In this document: in pieces, positions 1 through 12,303 of the stretch
Numbering within the stretch: position 1 is the stretch's first letter
Layout of the letters: every line of letters starts with the position of its first letter
Assembly: GCF_036321535.1 (NCBI RefSeq)
Contig: NC_087437.1
Location: 17,734,001 to 17,798,000 of the forward strand
DNA length: 64,000 bases
Direction of reading: 5' to 3'
From: Camelus dromedarius
Taxonomy: Eukaryota
The notes under the pieces: generated by a model
What the model saw: the letters and a program-made list of their open reading frames with translations, nothing else
Database searches by the model: none
What the model was told of the DNA's origin: nothing
Program-made: the position numbers and the translations under genes

Positions 1-814
1 CTATGGGATTTATTCAGATTATATTGCTAATTATTTATTACAGATTTGCTTTCCCTGATTTAGCTTGTTTAATATTTAAGTATGTCCTATAGGTGAGGCC
101 TTGGTGGCTTCTGCTGGGAGTGCTAAAATATTTTGTTCTCTTTTACATTGTATTTGTCTTCTGCAAATACATCTAATTTTTTTTTATATATTATAAAATT
201 GTCTTAAAAGTTTAAGTGCCAGAAAACAAAAATTGCCCAATGGGACTGTTTCCTTCCGCTTCTTCTGCCCCAGCTGTACTGATTTTAGATGTTCACTATC
301 TCACCCGTCACTCAATGGAGAGAACTTTGTGCTGGGAGTCAGGGGCGGGGGAAAATAAGGCACAGCGCACAAGGCCAGTCATTATCACACTTCCTCATGC
401 AATCTGGAATTGCTGCCTTACTCAGTTCTCTTAATTTTAAAAACCAAATAAGAAAGAATTTATCATACCAGTGTTAAATGCATATGATTGCCTCCATGGG
501 GAAGATCGAATTCTCAGGACAGAGAGGGAGGAAATGCTGTTAAGTGTGACAAGCCCAAAGGCCATGCTGATCACCTCGATGCATTTGATTTAATCCTGGG
601 TGTTGGGGGACTTAGGAAGCTCAGCTTCAGCTCGTGGGCCAAGCTCTCCCAACAGCTCATGAAATGCTAATATAGTCAGCAACCTTGTGTGATCGCATCT
701 CCCTCCGTCAAGAGCAAGAGCGCAGACAAGACCCAGGCTATTGTATCTGCATCATCCCAACAGCGGCTGGGATTGACGTGGTTTCAGAATTGCTAACCTG
801 GATCATTCCTTTAC

Positions 815-857
815 CCACCACCACCACCACCACCACCAAAACCAAAACCAAAACCAA
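815..857. repeat. Compound microsatellite (ACC)n followed by (ACCAAA)n
   Basis: ccaccaccaccaccaccaccaccaaaaccaaaaccaaaaccaa read directly. Confidence 0.9.
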
Positions 858-914
858 TATTTCTTGAAGATGAGCTACTGCTCAGTGCCCCCTCCTCCTT
901 ATTCCTTACTTCAC

Positions 915-1140
915 TATCAAAACAGCTTCCTAACTAGTTTCTCTGTCTTCAATCTTCTGCTGCCTCATTTTCTCCAAGTCAACCTTCTATATTAATATCA
1001 GAGTGAAAATAACATGAAAACAATAACAACAGATTCTATGTGTGATTCTTTTGCTTTACAGCTTCTATGGCTTCCTGTTGCCTGCAGGATAGAATTCTTC
1101 GAATGGCATGGGTGGGCCTTCATATTCTGGCCCCATCCAA
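915..1140 (+). mobile_element. LINE-2 fragment
   Basis: aacagcttcctaactagtttctctg...atggcttcctgttgcc...ctggcccc resembles the L2 3' region. Confidence 0.6.
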
Positions 1141-1214
1141 TTTCTTTTCTGTTCAACAACAACAACAACAAACTGTTGGCAGTGTTTTCCTATAGGCGCT
1201 GAGTAGCCTGATAA

Positions 1215-1365
1215 ATTGTCAAATAAGGGAGTGACATGATCAGACACTAGGTTTAGAAGCCTCCCTCTGATAGACAGAGTAGAAGATAGATTGGAGAAGG
1301 CAAACTAGAGACAGAGAGTTAGGAAAGTTAAGGAGAAACTAATAAAATAGTCTAGTTGAGAGAGA
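1215..1365 (-). mobile_element. LINE-2 fragment, antisense
   Basis: ggggagtgacatgatcagac...tagattggagaaggcaaactagagacag is the reverse complement of the L2 3' region. Confidence 0.6.
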
Positions 1366-2083
1366 CCCAGGACTCCCTTTTCCATAGCTGGAAAACCTAC
1401 AGAAAAATCAGGCTCATGAAATCTGAGATACCCGTATACTTTTTCTCAGTTGGACACTATGCACACTAAGCCATGAATGTCTCCATCCTTTGCAAAAGTT
1501 AAGTCTGAACCAGCTTCATATAAAAATTTAGGCCCTTTTCAACAATGCAATATGGCAAAAGACAGAGTACCAAAACAAGGAATGACAGGAGAAATTGCTT
1601 CCCTAGCGTGACCTTCATCTTTGAAACTGGAAAAGCCCCTCTTACCTTTTCTTGTGAGAAATTATAGTACTTCGGGCACAAGTATCAGACGATGCACATT
1701 TATTAAATACCTTGATTCCAGTGGCAAAACTTGTTTCCCCTATCTAAGCGCTAGGCCAGGTAAATAACAAAATTACATAATCTTCCTCATCAACCGTGGG
1801 AGGCTGATGAGACAAAGTATTTTAAAGCAAAAGGTATTTGAGTTTATCCCCAGGCAGCTCTGTTTAATAGATAGTGACACTGACAATTCCCATTTGGGAA
1901 AACAGGAAGGAAGAGATTGTAACCAGAAAAACTTGATTTTATACTCCAGTCCTTAATTCCAGTGGGTTTCTGGTTTGATCAACAGGATCAATGCCATTAC
2001 CTGTTACATAAAATTCAGGAAGAGGAAGGTCTTGGAAGAGGAATGGCTGTTTTTTGTACAAGTTGAACTGAAGTGCTTCTAGG

Positions 2084-2297
2084 CCAGTAGTTCCAATGTG
2101 TGGTCCTCAGACCAGCATCATCAGCATCACCTGGGATGTAGCAGAGATCCAAATTCTTGGGCCCCACCCAAGATTTACTCAATCATAACCTTGTGGATGC
2201 AAGAGGGGTGGGGTGGGCGGGGGCTGGGGGGCTGCACTCAGGGTTTAATGTGCCCTCCAGGCGATTCTGGTGAATGCTAAAAACTGAGAACCTCTGC
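2084..2297. mobile_element. MER5A-like hAT-Charlie DNA transposon
   Basis: cagtagttccaatgtgtggtcctcagaccagcatcatcagcatcacctggga...ccctccaggcgattctg...ctgagaacctctg. Confidence 0.8.
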
Positions 2298-2689
2298 TCA
2301 AGAGGACCTGGATATAAGGTAGTGGGTGAATGACTCAGTGGGGGAGGACAGGGCTGGACATACAGATTTGAGATTCATCAGTGTGATGCAGTTGACATGA
2401 AGTCTGCAGCCTCACTTAGGCCGGACAGTGCAGAATGAAAAGGGAGGGCTGAACGGTGGAAGAGGAGCCACTATTTCCAGCTCTATAGAGTTCCACATTG
2501 CATTTTTTTTTTTATGCCAGTGGGCATATATGATTTTTAAATCAGAATATCTTTTTAACAAAATGTTTCAAGACAGCAGAGGAGAGAGAATGCAACAAAG
2601 TGAACTCTTGAAGCAGAGGCAGGGTCAAGACAAAAACGTTTTGAATGGGGCTGACTAAGGCATGTTTAGGCAGAGGCCCTGATGTACAT

Positions 2690-2838
2690 TAAATTTTACA
2701 ACAATCCTGGGAAGCAGTTATTCTTTTCCCCATGATGAAACTGAGGCTCTGAGAGGGGAGTCATTTATCTAAGATCGCTCACGGTTGGAGACAGGATTTC
2801 ACCTTGGTCTCTGATTCTGAGCCCTCGCTCCTTCCACA
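2690..2838 (-). mobile_element. MIR SINE
   Basis: gatgaaactgaggctctgagagggg...aagatcgctcac MIR core in reverse. Confidence 0.75.
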
Positions 2839-2887
2839 AAGCAAAGCCATCGATCATGCCTTGCTCAGCTCTTGTGCCCTGGGGTAG

Positions 2888-3325
2888 GTTGTTACAGGAT
2901 GGCCTCCAGTAAACCACACCTGCCTGTATCCGAGCTGTTCTGAAAAGTCCCCTCCCACACTGACTTTGGGCTTGGCCATGTGAATTGTTTTGGCTAATGG
3001 AACATTAGCAAACAGGATATAAGCAGAGGCTTGAAAAAGCACTCACCCAGTGGTGCTTGCCCCTCTCTCTTGGGTTTTTGGAAACCACCCGCATGTGTAG
3101 AACTCAGGTTAGTCGCCTGGAGATACAGAACCAGTACCATCTGCCAGTCATTCGAGGGAGGCCATCTTAGACACCTCCACCACCCCCACCACCACTCTGA
3201 ATCTATTGCCAGGAAACATGTTAATTTTGGCTTACCTTTGGTGAGAATGTCTCCCCTAACATTCATAACTACTAGCAAACAATTAACTGTTGCCTTAAGC
3301 CATCAAACTCTGAGATAATTTTGGG
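2888..3325 (+). mobile_element. MaLR solo LTR (MLT1G/H-like)
   Basis: agtcccctcccacactgactttgggcttggccatgtgaattgttttggctaatgg...ttgccttaagccatcaaact. Confidence 0.75.
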
Positions 3326-3529
3326 ATTCAAATCTATACTTCCTGTGTGGTCCAGGAAAACTCAAGTTGAAAAATTAGCTTAAAGTAGCCCTGGATTGGT
3401 ATATTATTATTCTAAAATTGTAAAGATACCTGGAATTATGACTGTGAAAGCATCGTGCAAATATAAAAGTAAATATAGATTTCTTTTTTATCCTAGGGGA
3501 CTGGAAATATAGAATTTAAACTAAATTTT

Positions 3530-3632
3530 AATGAAAAAGAATATGAAAATTAATATATGTATGTATACACATGACATTGTGCTGTATGCCAGAAATTAAC
3601 ACATTTTAACTGACTGTACTTCAATTAAAAAG
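3530..3632 (+). mobile_element. Heavily 5'-truncated lineage-specific L1 3' end
   Basis: aaaaagaatatgaaaattaatatatgtatg...tgctgtatgccagaaattaacacatt...acttcaattaaaaa; same family as the copies at 8257-9351 and 13799-13930. Confidence 0.8.
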
Positions 3633-4559
3633 TTAAAAGATAAATTATTATTATTATTATTTTTTGGTTTTAAATTAGTGATTCAACTTGCTATGTGATC
3701 TTGATCAAGGATCTACCCCTCTCTGGGCTTTTGTTTCTCCATTAGATTAAGAAGGGGTCATTTTAGACCTAGTTTTCTGTAGTTTGTTCTATGTTCTAAG
3801 AAATTATTACTTCCTGAATATATGATATAGCAATGCAAGGTTTAGGGAATAGAAGATTAAGATCTTATCTCGGTCACTGTTTCTGATTAGCAAAACCATT
3901 AGTGCTGGCTCATTTTCACTACCCTGAGGCTCCACTAACCTGAAATAGCTGGTGAGAAAGGACTCTTTCTTGTCTGAGTCTCTCAGCGTTTGGGCTGTGC
4001 AGACCTGCCTGCTACCATGTCCCTGCTGTGGATGCGCAGAAGGCTCTCATCGGCTTTAGGGACCAGGAGCACCTGGGCTGCCTTGGGACTCTCCCTCCCT
4101 AAGTATTTTCCCCCAAGTGACCTCCGTATAGACACCAGCTAGACACAGATTCAGGCAGGCAAGGTGCCTTCTCTGGGTGTGGAAGTTAGAGGGCAGAGAT
4201 GATGTCATAGGAAAGACTATTTTTTCTCAGTTTTAATTTGCCTTATTTTGGAATAATCAGGTAATATGTTGGCTGCACTCAAATATAATTGACAATAATT
4301 CACAGGCATTATATATTGACATGTTACAGTATTACTGTTTGTTGCAATTACAAAATATGTATTTTAGAAATGAATATGAATATAATGATGTCAAGAATTA
4401 AGTATTTTGTCCTAAGAAAAGCAACATGCCTAGAGTCATACATCAGGAAGGCTGAAATGAAATAGTTTAATAGATATAATTTTGAGTGAAATAAGTATCT
4501 CCTTTCTGCTGTAATTTTATAAAGTCATTGGAATGATTAAAAAAATCCCTGGATTAATG

Positions 4560-4800
4560 TTTTCACTCCCCAATAACTTTCATTATACTTAAAAGCAACA
4601 TTCCTTAATAACCTATAAGGCTTTTCATAATCTTGCTGCTCTTATCTCCCCAACATAACTTCAAGCCATTCTCCAAACCTTACTAACCCTGCTCTGGCCC
4701 ACTGGCTTCCTCTCAAGTCTTTAATGCTCAAGCCCTTACCCACCTCAGGTCAGTTCTGCACATACTATTTCCTTAGTGTATGGTCCTCTTATAGAAAGGA
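4560..4800 (+). mobile_element. LINE-2 fragment
   Basis: gctctggccccactggcttcctc...cccacctcagg...tgcacatactatttcc. Confidence 0.55.
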
Positions 4801-4829
4801 ATTTTGTTCTTCATGAGGGAGTTGGCCAA

Positions 4830-5387
4830 ATACTACAACATCCTCTCTAGCCTTTAATCTGTGGGTAGCACTGGGGGCAACATCTAGCATCTCTGATTTT
4901 TGCTGGAAATCCCTGCCCCAAGATAACCAACACACAATGCTGCCCTGGCCTCAGTGGTTGGTAGCACGATCGGGCATATGATCTGGACCTACACCAGTGA
5001 GGGTACCCCATCTTCCTGGCCACAGCAGTTGGTTCCAGGATAGGCATGTGACTAAATCAGAGCCTTAACTTTATTATAATACATAACATGTTATACTGAG
5101 TCTTCTGAGATTGGGAGGGCAGAGAAAGGTGTTCTACTTTCAATGAATTGAAAAGGTATAGATGGAACAACTATGGCTACTTTGCACCAATGGGGAATAA
5201 CCTGCCTGAGATCCGCCAACAGAGTGCTGACCTGGGAGAGAGAAACGAAGTTCTAGTAACATCCTCTGAACCCCTAATCAGCCACACACAGACTTTTGGT
5301 TAACAATTTAATAAATTCCCCCTTTACTAGCTTGTGTTTTTCAGTTGGTTTGGATTTTCTGCCTCTTGCAACCTAGATGGTTCTGAA
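4830..5387 (+). mobile_element. MaLR LTR (MLT1J/K-like)
   Basis: ctggccacagcagttggttccaggataggcatgtgac...ttggattttctgcctcttgcaacc. Confidence 0.6.
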
Positions 5388-8256
5388 TGGCAGAGGAAGC
5401 TACATCTGCATCTCCACTCCCCAGTTCCTGCCACTGCCCTCAGCCTCCCTTGTCCCTGCTCCCTTTGGCTTCTTGGTGGCTGGTAATGGCCAGAATAGCT
5501 TTATGAATGTATTTGCTGCTGGTTTCTGTACCCGGTGGATAGTCAGGGAAGTGAAGGAGCACGTCACATAACTCAGTAAAGGAATCACCCCAATTTACAA
5601 CTCTCAGACAAGGGGTCTTTCCATTACATAATCTGCTCCCATGATGTTACAAGTTGAGTGGGGACTAGAAGCAGAAGATAAGCTGGAAACCATTGCTAAA
5701 GATGGGCTACAGTCCACAAATGTGGTTTCATTAATCTCCCTCATCACTTTGCTTTTATCCACACTTTGTATGCAGATATGCCAGAGTCCTATGTTCCCGG
5801 CTTTCTCATAATACCGCTATTTACAAGTGAGATAAAGGGGAACTAGATTAGGCTAAGGGTGGTCCTGAGAGGGGTGATGGGAGGTAAAGGATATGAAAGC
5901 TGTTTCAAATAAATGAAAGCATCTTCCCAACTTTTGAATTCAATCTCAATGTGTTTTAGCCTTCCATGTTCATACGACACTCAAGTGAGTGCCAACCCCC
6001 CAGGGTTTGGAATAGGAAACGTCTGTGTTTCCATCATTACTGCCCCTTAGAGCAGTGACACTCTGGGGGAAATTCTCTCTCTGAGTCTCAGTTTCCCTGT
6101 CAATTGTCTACCTCTCAGTATCACAAGGATTGAAGATAACGTTTATAAAGCTCAAATACTCTGGACATCATAAACAGATATTTACTACATGAAACTATTT
6201 TAATATTACATAACTCAGGAAATTACTAATGCTTAAATATCCTCTCTGAGTGTATTTCAAATGTTTCTCTTTATTACTCTGATCTGCGTCAGATCACCAA
6301 CCTTATCTTCATGAAAATACTTATCTCTCAGGAATCAGAGAAAGTACCTTCGAAATGTTGACATAGGAAAGGTCAGAGACAGCAAGTGAGGAATTTCAAA
6401 GATAATCCTAGCCTTCCCTTTCCTCTGCTAGACTCTGTTTTCAGCTGGTTCAGAGTAATTTATATCTCTGGTTCAGTTAAAGTATGTGGCGTCATTTAGA
6501 CACTGCAAATATAACACCAGTTTTACTGCAACCTAATTGTAGAGTGACAGGAGATAAATCCAGAAGATACACATAGTATGAAATGACCAAGCGTGCTTCT
6601 CTCATATAAGAACCACACGTAGAGAAACATTACGGTGAAAGTGAGGAATAGCTGAAGTTGTAATTCATGCAGATTCATATATAAGTAATACTGAGGACTC
6701 CTAGGGTATCTGTAACCTAATCAATTGTCCATTAACATATTGTAGGATAAATGCAGATCTGTAATTATGGTATGCAGCTAAAACCACCTTCATTTTCATT
6801 TAAAATCCTGGTTAAACGGTCTGTGGTATATCTTTGGAGACTTTGTCAACCTTTTGAATTGAGTATATATAAAAGAAATCCTGATTCAGGTTATGTAAAT
6901 AAAAATGCAATATTCTGAAACTGTTAATGGAACTTGGAAAAAAACCCCAACAAAATAACCTCCAGCTTAAAATCAAGGAACCATGATTAAACTAAAATTA
7001 AATAAAGAAGCAAAGGATCACAATGAAACAAAAATCCTTAAATCCTTTAAAGGTTTATTTGAAAGTAGCTCCACATTCCAAACCTGAAACATGGAAAATC
7101 ACCATTGCCAACCAACATTTATTGAGTAGGTATGTTGAACTTTGAATAATTGAATTGCACATTTAAAAAATAATCTGTCTTTTATGACAGAAATCAGGCA
7201 GTTCCTGGCATAATTTGACAGCAACGTTCTGCCTTTTCCCTGTCAGCACGATGCGAGGCAACGCAATTAAAATCTAACTGTGATTTGCTTTGACTGGTGA
7301 GATTTTCTCTTTTCTTACTTACTGGAATACATATTGATTCGTGTGTTACATTTTATTATTAAAGAAATATAATGTGTATTTTAAGTAATTTTATATTATT
7401 AGGACTGATGGTACCCTTTGAGGATTGGACCCAGACTTAGAAGGGCAATAGCACTGAACATTCTGCTGCTATTCCCTCTTGCTCTCTGAAGCTACTATAA
7501 TTTTTCCCCTCCTGGCAGGAACCAAGCTGTCCCAGACTAAAATGCCCCCTCCTGGCCGCAGCCTGGTCTAGAGGGCTTGTTCCTACCTCTTCCCTTCTCC
7601 TCTCTAAAGCCAGCAGACCATCTTCTGTGCTTCACTGCTGACAGTTCAGTCCCAGGCAATACCTTTCTCTCACATACTGACTTATTTTCTGTAACCGTGA
7701 GCCACACTCCTACATCCCAGCTACATCCATCCATGGTTCCTTCTTTGCATTTATTTTCCAATCATTGCATAGTCATATTAAGACTTTCCTCTCTTTTATT
7801 TATTCCTTCTTTCTTTCCATGATTGGTGTAAAATCATCCCAAAGAGAAACTTCCATCCAGGTAAAGAAAGTACAGTCAGATACAAAAGTAAAATTTCACA
7901 GAAATATGAATATTTAAGCTTTTAAAATTAACCCACATTTCCTTTTAGACTCTTTCCAAGTCTATCTCAGTTTATATCTCCCTCTTATAAAATTTCTTTT
8001 CCTCTAGTTCAGAATTCTCAGTGTAGTTTTTATTTATATGTTTCTTATTTGTAAGCTTAAACATTTTAATTTTTTAATATATGGTTAAGAAGCATTTGAA
8101 TTCTTTTTCTGGGGACTATCTGTTCTTATCTTTTGTCCATTCCTATGTTGATGGGCTTCTTATCATTGATTTCTGGGAGTACTTTTTGTATTCATAGTTT
8201 AACTCCTCATTACAAATATTTTTGTAAATATGTTTTCCATTTGCCCTTTGTCTTTT

Positions 8257-9351
8257 TTTTTTTTTTTACTGAAGTATAGTCAGTTACAATGTGTCAATTT
8301 CTGGTGTATAGCATAATGTCCCAGTCATGCATATGCATATATATATTCATTTTTATATTCTTTTTCATTAAAAGTTATTATAGATATTGAATATAGTTCC
8401 CTGTGCTATACAGAAGAAATTTGTTTTTATCTATTTCTATATATAGTGGTTAAAATTTGCAAATCTCAAACTCCCAAATTTATCCCTCCCCACCACCTTT
8501 CCCTTAGTAACCATAAGATTGTTTACTATGTCTGTGAGTTTGTTTCCATTTTGTAGATTAGTTCATTAGTGTCCTCTTTTTCTTTTCTCTCTTTTTTTAG
8601 ATTCTACATATGAGTGATATCATATGGTATTTTTCTTTCTCTTTCTGGCTTATTTCACTTAGAATGAAGATCTCTAGGTCCATCCATGTTGCTGCAAATG
8701 ACATTATTTCATTTTTTATGGCTGAGTAGTATTCCATTGTATATACATCATAACTTCTTTATCCAGTCTTCTATTGATGGGCATTTAGGTTGCTTCCATA
8801 TCTTGGCTACTGTATATAGTGCTGCTATGAACATTGGGGTGTACATACCTTTCTGAATTAGAGTTCCCTCCAGATATATGCCTTGGAGTGGGATTGCTGG
8901 ATCATATGGTAAGTGTATTTTTAGTTTTTTGAGGAATCTCTATACTGTTTTTCATAATGGCCGCACCAAACTACATTCCCACCAACAGTATAGGAGGGTT
9001 TCTTTTCTCCACACCCTCTTCAGCATTTATTGTTTGTGGACTTCTGACTGGTGTGAGGTGATACCTCATTGTAGTTTTGATTTGCATTTCTCTGATAATC
9101 AGTGATATTGAGTATTTTTTCAAACACCTATTGGCCATTTGTATGTCTTCATTGGAATTGCTTGTTTAGTTCTTCTGCCCATTTTTGGATTGGGTTGCTA
9201 GTTTTTTTGTTACTAAGTTGTATGAGCTATTTATATATTCTGGAAATTAAGCCATTGTCAGTCGCATCACTTGCAGATATTTTCTCCCATTTCATACCTA
9301 ATTAAACTTATAAGCTTTTGCACAGAGAAGGAAATCAAAAGCAAAACAAAA
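8257..9351 (-). mobile_element. Lineage-specific LINE-1 insertion, 5'-truncated with 5' inversion, 15-bp TSD
   Basis: Poly-T, then antisense 3'UTR/ORF2 end to ~9293, then a sense-oriented ORF2 piece at ~9296-9351; TSD tgccctttgtctttt at 8242-8256 and 9352-9366. Confidence 0.9.
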
Positions 9352-9369
9352 TGCCCTTTGTCTTTTGGT

Positions 9370-11780
9370 TTTGTAATTTTTTTTCTAGAATTTTATTTTT
9401 ATGGAGTCAATTTTTATTACTTTTTTTATGGCTTCTGGATTTTGAGTTTTAGTTAGAAAGTCATCCTTACTCCAAGGGAATAGAGAAATTCTTCTGTATT
9501 TTCTTCTGACAACTTTATGATTTCATTTTTTTACATTTCAATATCTGATATATTTGGAGTTTATCATAGTATACAATGTAAGGCATAAATAAAAAGTTTA
9601 TTGAATAACTCATCTTTTCCACCACTGAAATGCCACCTTTATCTTATACTAACTTTCTATGTGTATTTGGGTCTATTTCTGGAATTTCTCTTCAGTTCCA
9701 TTGGTTAGTCTGATTATGCATGTATCATAACTACATAGTTTTAATTATTGGAGTTTATTATATTTTAAAATAAAGTTAGTGCACTTTCCACTTTTTGTTT
9801 AGAATTTTCCTGGCTAACATTGATTACTTTTCAATATGAATTTTAGTGTCATTCAACTGCCTTGTTTTTAAAAATTTGTCATATTTATTGAGAGGAGACT
9901 AAATTTATAAATGAAATTAGAGGGAACTGACATCTTTATCATCTTTCAATTTGCTCAAGTCCTCTTTTGAATTCTTTATATTATTTTTCAAGTTTTCTTC
10001 ATATAGGTCTTGCACATTTCTATTTACATTTATTGCTCAATATTTACATTTTTATTGCTATTCATATTTTCTTTCATTATATCTGATAACTGGTTGTGTT
10101 TTGTAAAACATATAGCTTGCCACAATTATTCTGTACTCTACTATCTGGAATTCTCTTGTTGCTTGCAGTAATTTTTAAATCTAAAACCAAATTCTTGGAT
10201 TTTTTTTCAAAAAAAATCATATAATCTAAAATAGTGATATGTTTAACTTCCCCTGTTTAAAGTTTATAATGCTCTCTTATATAATTGCATTGACCTCCAA
10301 TACAACATTAATTGCACCTTAAGTATAATATTAAATAATGGTGCTAAAAGTGGGTACCATGACTTTGTTTCTGAATATAAAGATGGTTTTCAACTTTGCA
10401 CATTAGAATCACTTGGTAACTTTTAAAAATCCCGCTGTCCAGGCATCACCCCAAACTGTTTCATCAGAATTCATTTGCAACAAGATTGCAAACTAATGCT
10501 TACAGTTCTTTCCCTTTATGCATTGTGCTTGCTTTTATCTTCATTCTTTCATCTTAACTGCTTACTTCTTTTTTTCCTTTGCTTTATTTTGTTATTATTT
10601 TTTCTCACAGTTTGAGTCTGATTCCTTTTTTTTAATTGAAGTATAGTTTCTGTACAATATTACATAATTTACAGGTGTACAATATAGTGATTCACACGTT
10701 TTAAAGGTTATATTCAATTTATAGTTATAAAATATTGGCTATACTCTCTGTTTGTACAATATATCCTTGTGGCTTATTTTATAACTAGTAGTTTGTAACT
10801 CTTACTCCCCTCCCCTATATTTATTTTTCATCCTTTCTGTAAATGTATTTCAGGCTATCAGTTTTCCTCTGAGCACTGTTTGACCTATTTACCATGGGTT
10901 CTGAAATACAATGTTTTCATCATCATTATTTTCTAAAACTTCTGCAGGTTGGGTTTATATTTCTTTTTTGACCCAAGAGTTGATTAACAGAGAACTTTAA
11001 CCTTTCAGATGGAAATAAATTTTTGTTTTCCAATGTTACATTTTAATGTTTAGTTTATTGTGTAATGATCAGAGGATGTTTTCTATGTATTTCCTACTTC
11101 AGGGAATTTTTTCGAGATTTCCTATGTGACTGAGTACATATTCACATATATGATTATATTTCATGGACACTTGAAAATAAGATGTGGTCTACGCTCAAGG
11201 TGAAGAGTTTCATATACATTAATTATATCTATCCTATTAATTATGTTAATTAGACCTGTAATTTTTTTTCTTACTTACCTTCTTAACACATCATAAACTG
11301 AGAAACTTAAATTAAATCTCCTACTAGTATATTTCTGAATATTTAGAAATATTTCTGCCTAGATATTTTAAATAATTTTCACTATGAATTGATCCCTTTA
11401 GCATTATAAAGTGCCCTTTTTGCATGTTTATTGCTTTGCAGCCTGACTTTTACCTTATCTAATAATAAGATCAAGTTCTGTGGGTTTTTCTTTTTCTTTT
11501 TTTTTTTTTTTTGGTTTACATTTGCTTAGTACACCCTTATCTGTTCTTTTGTTTTCAACCTTCTTGAGTCACTTTGTTTCAGGAGTGCTTCCTGTACAGA
11601 GCCTGGAGTTAGATTTTGTTTTGAGATCCAATCTGAAGATAATTTTTAAAATCAAAAAGTAAAGTTCATTACATTAACTGGGATGATAGATGTTTTTGGT
11701 GTTACGTCTGTCATAGTCTTCATGTAGTATGCCTTCATAGAGGCTATTTGTTGACTTATTAATAATTTACAGTGATGCTT
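9370..11780 (-). mobile_element. Old degenerate L1M (ORF2, antisense), interrupted by a MER5-like piece (~10380-10470) and a younger L1 3' end (~10625-10820)
   Basis: T-rich antisense L1 motifs such as ttttcccaccactgaaatgccacctttatc, gaactgacatcttta and ttttcctctgagcactg. Confidence 0.7.
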
Positions 11781-11784
11781 GATC

Positions 11785-12303
11785 ATAGTGGTGGATTAAA
11801 GGTGGCTGCAAATTCTCTGGCTCTCTTCTTAGAGGTGGGACCTATGGCTCCTTGTCTTGAATCTGCATGAGCTCTGTGGCTGTTTTGATAATAGAACATC
11901 GCAGAAGTGAAATTATGCCAGACCTTAAGAAATTGGCAGCCTCTACAACCTTTCTCTTGGAACCTTGAGCTACCATGTAGGTAAGCTGAGACCATCATGC
12001 TGGAGAGGCTATGTGGGCAGACTTTGAGATCACTTGGGGGTGGTAAAGTAGCTCAGCTGAGCCCAGACATCACTGACAAGGTGCTAGGTATGTGAGTGAA
12101 GCCTCCCTGGACCTCCAGACCAACCAAATCACAAGCTGAAAACTACCAGGTGTCCCCAGTTAAAACCATGCAGAGCAGAAGTATCACCCGGCTGAGTACC
12201 TCCTGAATTCTTGACTCATAAAAACTGGAGATATAATAAATGGTTGTTGTTTTAAGCTACTGTGCTTTAGGTAGTTTGTTACCCAGCAATGGATAAACTG
12301 AAA
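11785..12303 (+). mobile_element. MaLR solo LTR (MLT1F/G/H-like)
   Basis: gtggtggattaaaggtggctgcaaattc...aaatggttgttgttttaagctactgtgctttaggtagtttgttacccagcaatggataaactg. Confidence 0.8.
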
